From Vicinamibacteria bacterium (GTDB lineage: Bacteria > Acidobacteriota > Vicinamibacteria > Marinacidobacterales > Marinacidobacteraceae): 64,000 nt of DNA. The DNA lies in NCBI GenBank assembly GCA_965199715.1, contig OZ241322.1, forward strand, positions 958,638-1,022,637, in the 5' to 3' direction. Both the position numbers and the translations under genes were made by a program. The notes under the pieces are model-generated. The model made no database searches. It was not told where the DNA came from and saw nothing but the letters and a program-made list of their open reading frames with translations. Positions 28,466 through 36,623 of the stretch are shown here, in pieces (position 1 is the first letter of the stretch; each line of letters starts with the position of its first letter).

Positions 28466-29350
28466 TGGAGCCGGACCCCAGGAACTCCGCGATCCTCGTC
28501 CACGTGGACGGGGCGCTGCCGCCCCGCGCGGAGGCGCGGGCGTCCGTGTTCGACAGTTCGGCGCGGGCCGGAGACACCGTGTGGGAAGGGCTGCGGGTCG
28601 TCCGGGGGCGGGTGGCCGACCTCGACCGGCATCTGGACCGACTCGGCTCACGCCATGGCGTTCGCCGGCGTCCCGGATCGGAACGCGGTCCGGGCGGCGC
28701 TGTTCGAGACCCTTCGCGCCAACCGCATGACCGACGGGGTCCACGTCCGCCTCACGCTCTCCCGGGGCGAGAAGGTCACCTCGGGAATGAGCCCGGAATG
28801 GAACCGCTCCGGCTGCATCCTCATCGTGCTCGCGGAGTGGAAACCGCCGGCGCACGACCCCGGTGGCGTCCGGCTGATCACGTCCTCGGTCCGGCGCAAC
28901 AGCCCGCAGTGCATCGACTCGCGCATCCACCACGCGAACCTCGTCAACAACATCCTCGCCAAGATCGAAGCGAACCACGCCGGGGCGGACGACGCGCTCA
29001 TGCCGGACCTCGCGGGCTTCGTGGCCGAGACCAACGCCACGAACGCGTTCCTCGTCCGGGACGGCGCGCCCTTCACGCCGCACGCCCACAGTTGCCTGCC
29101 CGGGGTGACCCGGGCCGTGACGATCGAGGCCGCCCGGGAGGACGGCGTTCCGGTGTTCGAGAAGAACCTGACGCTGACCGAGGCCCATGTCGCCGACGAG
29201 ATGTTCACGACCGGCGCCATGGGAGGAATCTCGCCCGTGCTGGAGGTGGACGGTCGGCGCGTCGGCGACGGCGTCACCGGCCCGATCACGCTGCGCCTGA
29301 AGGACCTCCTGCTCGGGCGGGCGTTTCGGGACGGGACGCCGGTGGACTGA
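28465..29350 (+). pseudogene. Class IV aminotransferase (branched-chain / D-amino-acid aminotransferase family) interrupted by a +1 frame change near 28645
   Basis: ATG at 28465 (TGATG overlap). The first ~60 codons (ILVHVDGALPPRAEARASVFDSSARAGDTVWEGLRVV...HLDRL) are in frame 1. The rest (..AHAMAFAGVPDR... to TGA at 29350) is in frame 2. Total length is 886 nt, i.e. 3n+1. Confidence 0.7.
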
Positions 29351-29353
29351 GGC

Positions 29354-29788
29354 TCAGCCGTCGCAGCGGGCGACGAAGACCAGGTCGTCGTCCTCCTCCA
29401 TGTAGTGGACCGCGTAGGCGCAGGCGCCCGAGGCGTTCGCGAACTTGCCGGTCCCGCCCACCAGCCGGAACACGCCGAGCACGCTGCTGCCCACCTCGGC
29501 GCCGCCGCCGATCCGGGTCGCGGCGGCGTGGAGGTGGTCCTCCTCCGGATCGTGGAGGTCGCAGTCCGCCTGGATCTCGACTTCGGAGCCCTCTTGTTTC
29601 ACGGCGACGACGGCGCCGGCGCGGACGACGACCCCGACCCCGTGCAGCGGGCCCGCGGTCACGGCCCGGCCCGGACGGGACACGGTCCCCTACTCGTGCT
29701 TGGCGACGAGCACGAGGTGGAAGCCGGCGTCCTGGGCCGCCGCCGCGCCGGCGGCGAGGAGAATGCAAGCGATCGCGAGTCCCTTCAT
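29354..29788 (-). pseudogene. Secreted dirigent/allene-oxide-cyclase-barrel-like protein with an in-frame TAG at 29692..29690
   Basis: ATG at 29788 overlaps the S9 peptidase stop (ATGA). MKGLAIACILLAAGAAAAQDAGFHLVLVAKHE-TAG-GTVSRPG...LVGGTGKFANASG...CDG all lie in one frame (145 codons). Confidence 0.55.
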
Positions 29789-31860
29789 GGCGCGGATTCG
29801 CCCACGGGATCCCCGAGCCATCGCTCGAGGAAGGCGGCGCTCCGGCGGAACAGCTCCAGCCAGTTCGCGTGGCGGAGGAACCCGTGCACCTCGTCCGGGA
29901 AGACCAGCAGCTCGTGCTCCACCCCGAGCTCGCGCAGCTTCTGCACCAGCTCCACGGTTTCGTTGAAGGGGACGTTGCGGTCGTCGTCGCCGTGGATCAG
30001 CAGGACCGGGGAGCGCCAGCCATCGACCGAAGCCAGCGGCGAGGACTCGAAGGCGAGCCGCTGCGCGTCGGGATGGAAGTGCGGCTCGTAGGAGGGGACG
30101 AAGCCCTGGATCGTGCGGTTCCAGTCGTGCACGCCGTGGATATCGACCCCGGCGGCGAAGAGGTCGGACGCGCGCGACAGCCCCATCGCGGTCAGGTAGC
30201 CGCCATAGGAGCCGCCCCAGAGGCCGATCCGGCCCGGGTCCACGCCCGGCAGGCTCGCGAGGAAGTGTCCGGCGCCGAGCACGTCCTGATGCTCGGACGC
30301 GCCGCTGGCGCCGTAGTTCAGCGCCTCGCGGAACTCCATGCCGTAGCCGGTGCCGCTGCGGTAGTTCACCGAGAGCACGGTGAAGCCGCGGCTGGCGAGG
30401 TACTGGTGGAAGGCGTAGCAGTTCGCGTAGTACCCCAGGTAGTGCCAGCCGAGGAGCATCTGGCGCCGGGATCCGCCGTGGAGGAACAGGACTCCGGGAC
30501 CCGGCGGGGAGCCGGGGGGCGGTTCGAAGAGCTGGCCGTGGATGAGCATCCCGTCGGCGGCGCGGAAGCTCACCGGACGGGGATCCGTCATCCCGTCCAG
30601 CGGGAAGTCGTTCGGGAAGGCGCCCGGAGCGAGCGGCCGCGCCCCCTCCCCGTCGAGAATCATCGGCTGGAGCGGACGCCGGCCGTCGCCGCCCAGAAAC
30701 GCGACGCCGCCGCCCTCGAGCGCGACCGGGAGCGTCTCGACCCCCGCGCCCGGAGTCAGCCGCTCCGGCGCCCCGGAGCCGCCGACTCGCCACAGGTGCC
30801 GGCGATGCGGATCGTCCTCGTTGGTCGCGGCCAGCACGCCGCCCCGGCCGTCGGCGACCGCGTACTCGACCTCGAACGGCCCCGACGTCAGCGCGCGGGG
30901 CGCGCCGCCCGCGGCCGGAACCGCGTACAGATGGCGGAAGCCGTCGCGCTCCCAGGGAAAGACGACGGCGCCGCCCAGGGTCCAGTGGAGCTGGTCGGCG
31001 GACGCCGTTCCCGAGAACGCGCTGCCCCGACCGGGGTCGGCGCGGAAGACCTCGCGGCTCGTCCCCGGATCCGCGACCGAAGCGACGCGCACGCTCCAAG
31101 GCGGCCCCTCCCGGCGCGGGACGAAGAGCGCCGGCCGGAGGAGCGGCGGAGTCCGCAGGAAGGCCACCTCGGCGCCGTCCGGAGAAAACGCCGGCGCGAC
31201 GTCGCGGTCCACCGACGGATCCAGCCAGCGCACCGTTCCCGCCGCGACGTCGAAAAGGCCGACGAACGAGTGGGCGCCCCGGTTCGAGACGAAGGCGAGG
31301 ACCGTTCCGTCCGGCGAGAGGCGCAAGCCGCCGAGCGAGCCGCGCACTGCGACGACCTCTTCGGGCGCGGCCCCCGGCTCGAGCCCGATCCGATGGATCC
31401 TGCCGCCCCGTACGAAGAAGAGCGCGTCCCCGGCCGCCGTGAACAGCGGGCTTCCGGCCGGCTCGGTCAGCTTGCGCGGGCGATCCTCGATCACCCAGAG
31501 CGCCCGCTCCACCCCTTCGGGCCGGCTCAGCGGATTCGGCAACTCGCCGGCCCGGTTGGGGCCGTCGCCGCGCACGAACGCGATGCGGGAACCGTCCCGG
31601 CTGAAGGCCAGCGCCGACATCGTGGTCCCGTCGTCGCCCTCGAAGTCGGTGAGCCGCCGCCCCCGGAAGTCGGGCGCGTCCGCCGCCCAGACGTTGCGCG
31701 CGCCCTCCTCGTTGAAGACCCACGCGACCCGGCTCCCGTCGGGAGCGGCGGTCAGGCTGGTCGGGAACGGCGCCGAGAAGACCCGCTCCAGCGCGAACTG
31801 GGCGACGGCGGGCGGCGCGAGGAGGAGCGCGAGCCCGAAGAGGAGCGCGATGCGTCGCAT
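29785..31860 (-). CDS. S9-family serine peptidase (acylaminoacyl-peptidase/DPP-like) with N-terminal beta-propeller
   Basis: 691-aa ORF with a signal peptide. GGSYGGYL nucleophile elbow, HGDDDRNVP (Asp) and DEVHGF (His). Confidence 0.9.
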   Translation of the reverse strand: MRRIALLFGLALLLAPPAVAQFALERVFSAPFPTSLTAAPDGSRVAWVFNEEGARNVWAADAPDFRGRRLTDFEGDDGTTMSALAFSRDGSRIAFVRGDGPNRAGELPNPLSRPEGVERALWVIEDRPRKLTEPAGSPLFTAAGDALFFVRGGRIHRIGLEPGAAPEEVVAVRGSLGGLRLSPDGTVLAFVSNRGAHSFVGLFDVAAGTVRWLDPSVDRDVAPAFSPDGAEVAFLRTPPLLRPALFVPRREGPPWSVRVASVADPGTSREVFRADPGRGSAFSGTASADQLHWTLGGAVVFPWERDGFRHLYAVPAAGGAPRALTSGPFEVEYAVADGRGGVLAATNEDDPHRRHLWRVGGSGAPERLTPGAGVETLPVALEGGGVAFLGGDGRRPLQPMILDGEGARPLAPGAFPNDFPLDGMTDPRPVSFRAADGMLIHGQLFEPPPGSPPGPGVLFLHGGSRRQMLLGWHYLGYYANCYAFHQYLASRGFTVLSVNYRSGTGYGMEFREALNYGASGASEHQDVLGAGHFLASLPGVDPGRIGLWGGSYGGYLTAMGLSRASDLFAAGVDIHGVHDWNRTIQGFVPSYEPHFHPDAQRLAFESSPLASVDGWRSPVLLIHGDDDRNVPFNETVELVQKLRELGVEHELLVFPDEVHGFLRHANWLELFRRSAAFLERWLGDPVGESAP

Positions 31861-31870
31861 GAGACGGGTC

Positions 31871-33118
31871 CTAGCGGGGGATGAGGCGCACCGGGAGGTG
31901 CTTGACGCCGTGGATGAAGTTGGAGCGGAGGCGGTCGGGCGGGCCGGCGAGCTCCACGGCGCGCACCCGGCGGAAGAGCTCCTCGAAGGTCGCCCGAACC
32001 TCGAGGCGCGCGAGCCACGCGCCGAGGCAGACGTGCCGTCCGGCCCCGAACGCGAGGTGCGGGTTCGGGCTGCGGCGCACGGCGAAGCGGTCCGGTTCGG
32101 GAAACGCGTCGGGATCCCGGTTCGCGGCGACGTACCAGAGGACCGCCCGGTCGCCCGCCCGCATCGACGCCCCGTCGAGATCGAGATCGCGCGTCAGCGT
32201 GCGGCGGAAGTGCATCGTCACCGAGGTCCAGCGGAGGATCTCCTCGGTCGCCGAAGCGAAGAGCCCCGAATCGCCGTCCCGCAGCGCCCGGAAGGCGTCC
32301 GGATGGTCGAGAAGCGCGAGCAGGCCGCTCGTGATCGTGTGCCGGGTGGTCTCGTTGCCCGCCACGATGAGCAGGAGGAAGAAGTTCTGGAACTCGAGCT
32401 CGGTGAGCGGATGGTCGTCGGCCTCCTGGGCGAGCATCCCGGAGAGGACGTCCGCCGCCGGCCGGCGCAGCCGCTCCTTCCGGATCCGGCTCGCGTACTC
32501 GAACACCCGCAACGCCGCGGGGCTCCGGAAGGGGAGCAGGCGGAACGGCTCGGTGTCGGCGCGGTCGATGACCGCCATCGAGAACTCCGGGTCGGCGTTC
32601 GAGATCAGGGCGTCCCCCCATTCCACGAGCTCGCCGGCGTCGGCCTCGGGCACGCCGAGGATGCGGCAGAGCATGCGGATCGGAAGCTCGCGGGAAACCT
32701 CCTCGACGAAGTCCAGCTCGCCCCGCTCGAGGGCGCGGTCCAGCACGCCGGCCGCGAGCGCGCGGACCGATTCCTCGTGCGCGGCGATCGAGCGGCGGGC
32801 GAAGCCGGCGCCGACGAGCCGGCGGAGGCGCGCGTGGCCGGCGCCGTCGTACTCCATCATCGTCCGCCGCGCCTCCAGCTCGTCGTCGTCCAGTTCCTCG
32901 AGACGGACGCCCCGGGCGCAGGAGAAGTCGCGCGGCGTGGAGCTCGCATGGAAGACGTGCGCGTACCGGGTGAGCGCCCAGAACCCGGAGCCGTCCGGCT
33001 CCTCGACCCACTGCGGCGCCCCGCGCTCGCGCATCCGGCGGAAGAGGTCCCACGGGACGCCGTTCACGTAGGTGTCGTGCGAGACGATGGCCTCGAACGA
33101 GGCGCCGTTTTCCGTCAA
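31871..33118 (-). CDS. Cytochrome P450
   Basis: 415-aa ORF with TTG start. I-helix AGNETT, ExxR (EEILRW) and Cys-ligand loop FGAGRHVCLGAWLA. Confidence 0.9.
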   Translation of the reverse strand: MTENGASFEAIVSHDTYVNGVPWDLFRRMRERGAPQWVEEPDGSGFWALTRYAHVFHASSTPRDFSCARGVRLEELDDDELEARRTMMEYDGAGHARLRRLVGAGFARRSIAAHEESVRALAAGVLDRALERGELDFVEEVSRELPIRMLCRILGVPEADAGELVEWGDALISNADPEFSMAVIDRADTEPFRLLPFRSPAALRVFEYASRIRKERLRRPAADVLSGMLAQEADDHPLTELEFQNFFLLLIVAGNETTRHTITSGLLALLDHPDAFRALRDGDSGLFASATEEILRWTSVTMHFRRTLTRDLDLDGASMRAGDRAVLWYVAANRDPDAFPEPDRFAVRRSPNPHLAFGAGRHVCLGAWLARLEVRATFEELFRRVRAVELAGPPDRLRSNFIHGVKHLPVRLIPR

Positions 33119-33137
33119 GTCGCTCCCATCCTATGCG

Positions 33138-33887
33138 GTGTTACGCTGCTTCGTTCCCGTGAATCCCGGCAAGATCATCTGCGTGCACCTCAATTATCGG
33201 AGCCGGGTGGAGGAGTTCGGAACCCGCCTCCCGCCGGCGCCGACGTACTTCACGAAGCCGGTCACGGCGCTCGTCGGGGACGGCGATCCGGTCGCGCGGC
33301 CGCGCGGATGCCGCTACCTGAACTTCGAGGGCGAGATCGTGGCGGTGATCGGCGAACGCTGCCGCAACGTCACGCCGGACGAGGCGTCCGCGCACGTCGC
33401 CGGCTACACGATCGGCAACGACTTCGGGCTGCATGACTTCCGGGACGCCGACGCCGGCTCCATGCTCCGGGTGAAGGGCGCCGACACGCTCTGCCCGGTG
33501 CTCGACCGGGTCGTCCGCGACTGGGACGTCCGGGGCCGCCGCATCCGGACGCTCGTGAACGGCGAGGTTCGTCAGGACGGCGACACCCGCGAGATGCAGT
33601 GGGATCCCTGCTACCTCGTCGCCGATCTGTCGCGGACCCACACGCTGCTGCCGGGCGACCTCGTGTTCACCGGGACTCCGGCCGGTTCGCGCCCGGTCGC
33701 GCCGGGGGACCGGGTCACGGTCGAGGTGGAGGGGCTCGGCGCGCTGAGCAATCCGATTGTCGAGGGCGAGACCGGGATTCCCGGGGAGTTCGGGGCGCAG
33801 CCCACCGAATCGGAGGAGGTCCGCTCGACCGCGCTCGGCGGCGACTGGGAGTTCCGGGGAGTCCGGCCGCCGAGGGCGGCGCGATGA
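33138..33887 (+). CDS. Fumarylacetoacetate hydrolase (FAH) family protein, HpcE/HpaG-like hydratase/decarboxylase/isomerase
   Basis: GTG at 33138 preferred, because the longer 33072 start would overlap the divergent P450. KIICVHLNYRSRVEE and GDLVFTGTPAG blocks typical of FAH. Confidence 0.8.
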   Translation: MLRCFVPVNPGKIICVHLNYRSRVEEFGTRLPPAPTYFTKPVTALVGDGDPVARPRGCRYLNFEGEIVAVIGERCRNVTPDEASAHVAGYTIGNDFGLHDFRDADAGSMLRVKGADTLCPVLDRVVRDWDVRGRRIRTLVNGEVRQDGDTREMQWDPCYLVADLSRTHTLLPGDLVFTGTPAGSRPVAPGDRVTVEVEGLGALSNPIVEGETGIPGEFGAQPTESEEVRSTALGGDWEFRGVRPPRAAR

Positions 33888-34633
33888 GCCGTCCGCGCAT
33901 CGGTCTCGGGGTGTGGAAGCGCCCGGTGCGCACGCCGGTCGGGGATCCCGAGGATCTCTACACGCTCGCGGTCGAGTACGTCGACGAAGTGCGCCAGGCC
34001 GGCGCGATTCCGCTGATGCTCCCCCCGATGGCCCCGGACCGGGCGCCCGAGGTCGTGGCGGCGCTCGACGGGCTCGTGCTGACCGGCGGCGGAGACTTCG
34101 AGCCGTCGTCCTACACCGACGACGACGAGGGCGTGAGCGCGGACCTCGATCCAGAGCAGGACGCCTGGGACCTGGCGCTCGCGCTCGCCGCGAAGGAGGC
34201 CCGGCTTCCGTTCTTCGGGATCTGCCGGGGCATGCAGGCGCTCAACATCGCCCTCGGCGGCGCGCTGATCCAGGACATCCGCGGCAAGGGGGACGTCCAC
34301 CCGCCGATCCACGAGAAGCCCGCGGACGCGGCGGCGTTCCGGCATCCGGTGCGCATCGCGCCCGGGAGCCGGCTCGCCGCCGTGCTCGGCTCGCTCGACC
34401 GGTCGGTGAACAGCATCCACCACCAGGCGGTCGGGACGCTGGGCGCCGGGCTGACCCCGGTGGCCTGGGCGCCGGACGGGGTCGTCGAGGGGATCGAATA
34501 CGAGGGCGACTGGTCCGCCATCGCGGTCCAGTGGCATCCCGAGCGCACCGGACACACGCTCGACCAGCTCCTGTTCGCCGATCTGGCGCGGCGGGCGCGG
34601 GAGCGCCGGGCGGCTACAGCAGGCCGAGCTTGA
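33884..34633 (+). CDS. Class I glutamine amidotransferase-like gamma-glutamyl-amide hydrolase (peptidase C26, PuuD-like)
   Basis: ATG at 33884 (ATGA overlap). Nucleophile elbow GICRGMQALN and His block VQWHPE. Confidence 0.85.
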   Translation: MSRPRIGLGVWKRPVRTPVGDPEDLYTLAVEYVDEVRQAGAIPLMLPPMAPDRAPEVVAALDGLVLTGGGDFEPSSYTDDDEGVSADLDPEQDAWDLALALAAKEARLPFFGICRGMQALNIALGGALIQDIRGKGDVHPPIHEKPADAAAFRHPVRIAPGSRLAAVLGSLDRSVNSIHHQAVGTLGAGLTPVAWAPDGVVEGIEYEGDWSAIAVQWHPERTGHTLDQLLFADLARRARERRAATAGRA

Positions 34634-34931
34634 GCTTGGCCGCGTCCCCCATCATGTCGGGGTTCCACGGCGGCTCCCACACCAGATCCACCTTGACCTT
34701 CCTCACGCCGGAGACCCGGCCGACCTTCTGCTCCACCTCGGGCGGAAGGGTTCCCGCCACCGGGCAGGCGGGCGAGGTCAGCGTCATCTCGACGGCCACG
34801 TCGCCGCCGTCGGCCACGTCCACCTTGTACACGAGGCCGAGCTCGTAGATGTCCACCGGGATCTCGGGGTCGTAGCAGGTCTTCAGCGCATCCACCACGT
34901 CGGCGTGGATGCGTTCCTCGGTTTCGGTCAC
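34614..34931 (-). CDS. sufT: Fe-S assembly protein SufT (DUF59/MIP18 family)
   Basis: 105-aa ORF. DPEIPVDIYELGL and LTSPACPV motifs. Last gene of the suf operon. Confidence 0.85.
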   Translation of the reverse strand: MTETEERIHADVVDALKTCYDPEIPVDIYELGLVYKVDVADGGDVAVEMTLTSPACPVAGTLPPEVEQKVGRVSGVRKVKVDLVWEPPWNPDMMGDAAKLKLGLL

Positions 34932-34941
34932 GGGCGCCCTC

Positions 34942-35400
34942 CTATTCGGTGCGGACCGTCTCGTCGCGCCGTTCGACGGCGGCGGCGAGCGTGTGCCAGG
35001 CCAGCGTCGCGCACTTGACCCGCGCCGGATAGTCCCGGACGCCGGCGAACACCACGAGCTTCCCCAGCTTCTCCTCGTCCGGCTCGGCCTCGCCGGAGAC
35101 CATGCGCCGGAATTCCTCGACCAGCGCGAGCGCCTCGGCTTCGGGGAGCCCCTTCGCCGTTTCGGTCAGGAGCGACGCCGACGCGGTGGAGATCGCGCAT
35201 CCGTCGCCGACGAAGGACGCGCCGACCACTCGCCCCTCCTCCACCTCGAGATAGAGCCGCAGCCGGTCTCCGCACAGCGGGTTGAACCCCGCCGCCTCCC
35301 GGTTGGAGCTTTCGAGCGAACCGAAATTCCGGGGCCGGCGGCCGTGGTCGAGGATGACCTCCCGGTAGAGATCGCGGACCGGGTCGGAGAAGCCGCTCAT
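34942..35400 (-). CDS. sufU: SufU/IscU-type Fe-S scaffold / sulfur acceptor
   Basis: ATG at 35400 (ATGA overlap with sufS). NPLCGD, GDGCAIS and KCATLAW cysteine motifs. Confidence 0.85.
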   Translation of the reverse strand: MSGFSDPVRDLYREVILDHGRRPRNFGSLESSNREAAGFNPLCGDRLRLYLEVEEGRVVGASFVGDGCAISTASASLLTETAKGLPEAEALALVEEFRRMVSGEAEPDEEKLGKLVVFAGVRDYPARVKCATLAWHTLAAAVERRDETVRTE

Positions 35401-36623
35401 CCGCGGAACACCCCGATCGCCGACCGCAGCCCGTCGGCGAGCCGCTCGACCTCGTCGTGGGTGTTGTAGAGGCCGAAGGAGGCGCGGGCGGTCGCGGGGA
35501 CGCCGAACCGCTCCATGAGCGGCTGCGCGCAGTGGTGGCCGGTGCGCACCGCGATCCCCTGCTGGTCCAGCAGCGTCCCGAGGTCGTGGGGATGCACGTC
35601 CTCCACGACGAACGAGACGACCGCCCCCTTCTTCGCGGCCGTTCCCACGATCCGAAGCCCCTCTATTTCGGAGAGAAGCTCCTCGGCGCGCTCCCGCAGC
35701 CGGTCCTCGTGCGCCCCGATGGCCGGGAGCCCCAGCTCGTCGAGGTAGTCGGCGGCGGCGGCGAGTCCCACCGGGCCCACGATGTTCGGCGTGCCGGCCT
35801 CGAACCGCGCCGGCGGCTCGGCGTAGGTCGTCTCCTTGAAGCTGACGCTGCGGATCATCTCGCCGCCTCCCTGCCAGGGCGGCATCTCGCGGAGCAGCTC
35901 GCGGCGGCCCCACAGCGCACCGATCCCGGACGGACCGTACATCTTGTGGCCGGAGACCGCGTAGAAGTCGCAGCCGAGTTCGCCCACGTCGAGCGGGAGG
36001 TGGGGAGCGGCCTGGGCGCCGTCCACGACCACCAGCGCTCCGCGCTCCTTCGCCATGCGCGCGATGCGGGCGACCGGATTGATGGTTCCGAGCGCGTTCG
36101 AGACGTGGACCACCGACACGATGCGGGTGCGATCGGAGAGGAGGTCGGCGAAGGCTTCCAGGTCCAGCTCGCCGGAGTCCGTCACCGGGATCACGCGAAT
36201 CCGGGCGCCGGTCCGCTCGGCGACGAGCTGCCAGGGCACGATGTTGGAGTGGTGCTCCATGCCGGTCAGCAGCACCTCGTCCCCCGCCCCGAGCACCATG
36301 CTCCCGAGCGAGGAGGCGACGAGGTTCAGCCCCTCGGTGGCGCTGCGGACGAAGACGACCTCGTCGGCGACGGACGCGCCGATGAAGTGGGCCATCCGCT
36401 TCCGCGAGGCCTCGTAGGCCCCGGTGGCCCGCTCCGAGAGCAGGTGGACGCCCCGGTGCACGTTGGCGTAGCCGTGCCGATAGACCTCCTCCATCGCGTC
36501 GAGGACCTGGACCGGCTTCTGGGCGCTGGCGGCGTTGTCGAGGTAGGCCAGCGGCCGGCCCCGGACCGACTCGGCGAGGATCGGGAAGTCCGCCCGCGCC
36601 CGGGCCACGTCGTACCCGCTCAT
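35397..36623 (-). CDS. sufS: Cysteine desulfurase SufS (class V, group II)
   Basis: ATG at 36623. PLP lysine in SGHKMYGPSGIG and active-site Cys in RTGHHCAQP. Confidence 0.92.
   Translation of the reverse strand: MSGYDVARARADFPILAESVRGRPLAYLDNAASAQKPVQVLDAMEEVYRHGYANVHRGVHLLSERATGAYEASRKRMAHFIGASVADEVVFVRSATEGLNLVASSLGSMVLGAGDEVLLTGMEHHSNIVPWQLVAERTGARIRVIPVTDSGELDLEAFADLLSDRTRIVSVVHVSNALGTINPVARIARMAKERGALVVVDGAQAAPHLPLDVGELGCDFYAVSGHKMYGPSGIGALWGRRELLREMPPWQGGGEMIRSVSFKETTYAEPPARFEAGTPNIVGPVGLAAAADYLDELGLPAIGAHEDRLRERAEELLSEIEGLRIVGTAAKKGAVVSFVVEDVHPHDLGTLLDQQGIAVRTGHHCAQPLMERFGVPATARASFGLYNTHDEVERLADGLRSAIGVFRG

Noticed and set aside
29690-29692. Possibility that TAG is recoded (amber suppression or an alternative genetic code), because two coding-like regions contain in-frame TAG (29690-29692 and 19002-19004).
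   Set aside because: TAG ends several well-defined genes at positions that match family-typical C-termini or abut the next gene: 1701, 2335, 3978, 4131, 31871, 34942, 40590 and 44112. Ordinary nonsense lesions or sequence errors are more likely.
33072-33137. Longer start (33072) for the FAH-family gene.
   Set aside because: It would overlap the 5' end of the divergent P450 by 47 nt. FAH homology begins right after the GTG at 33138.
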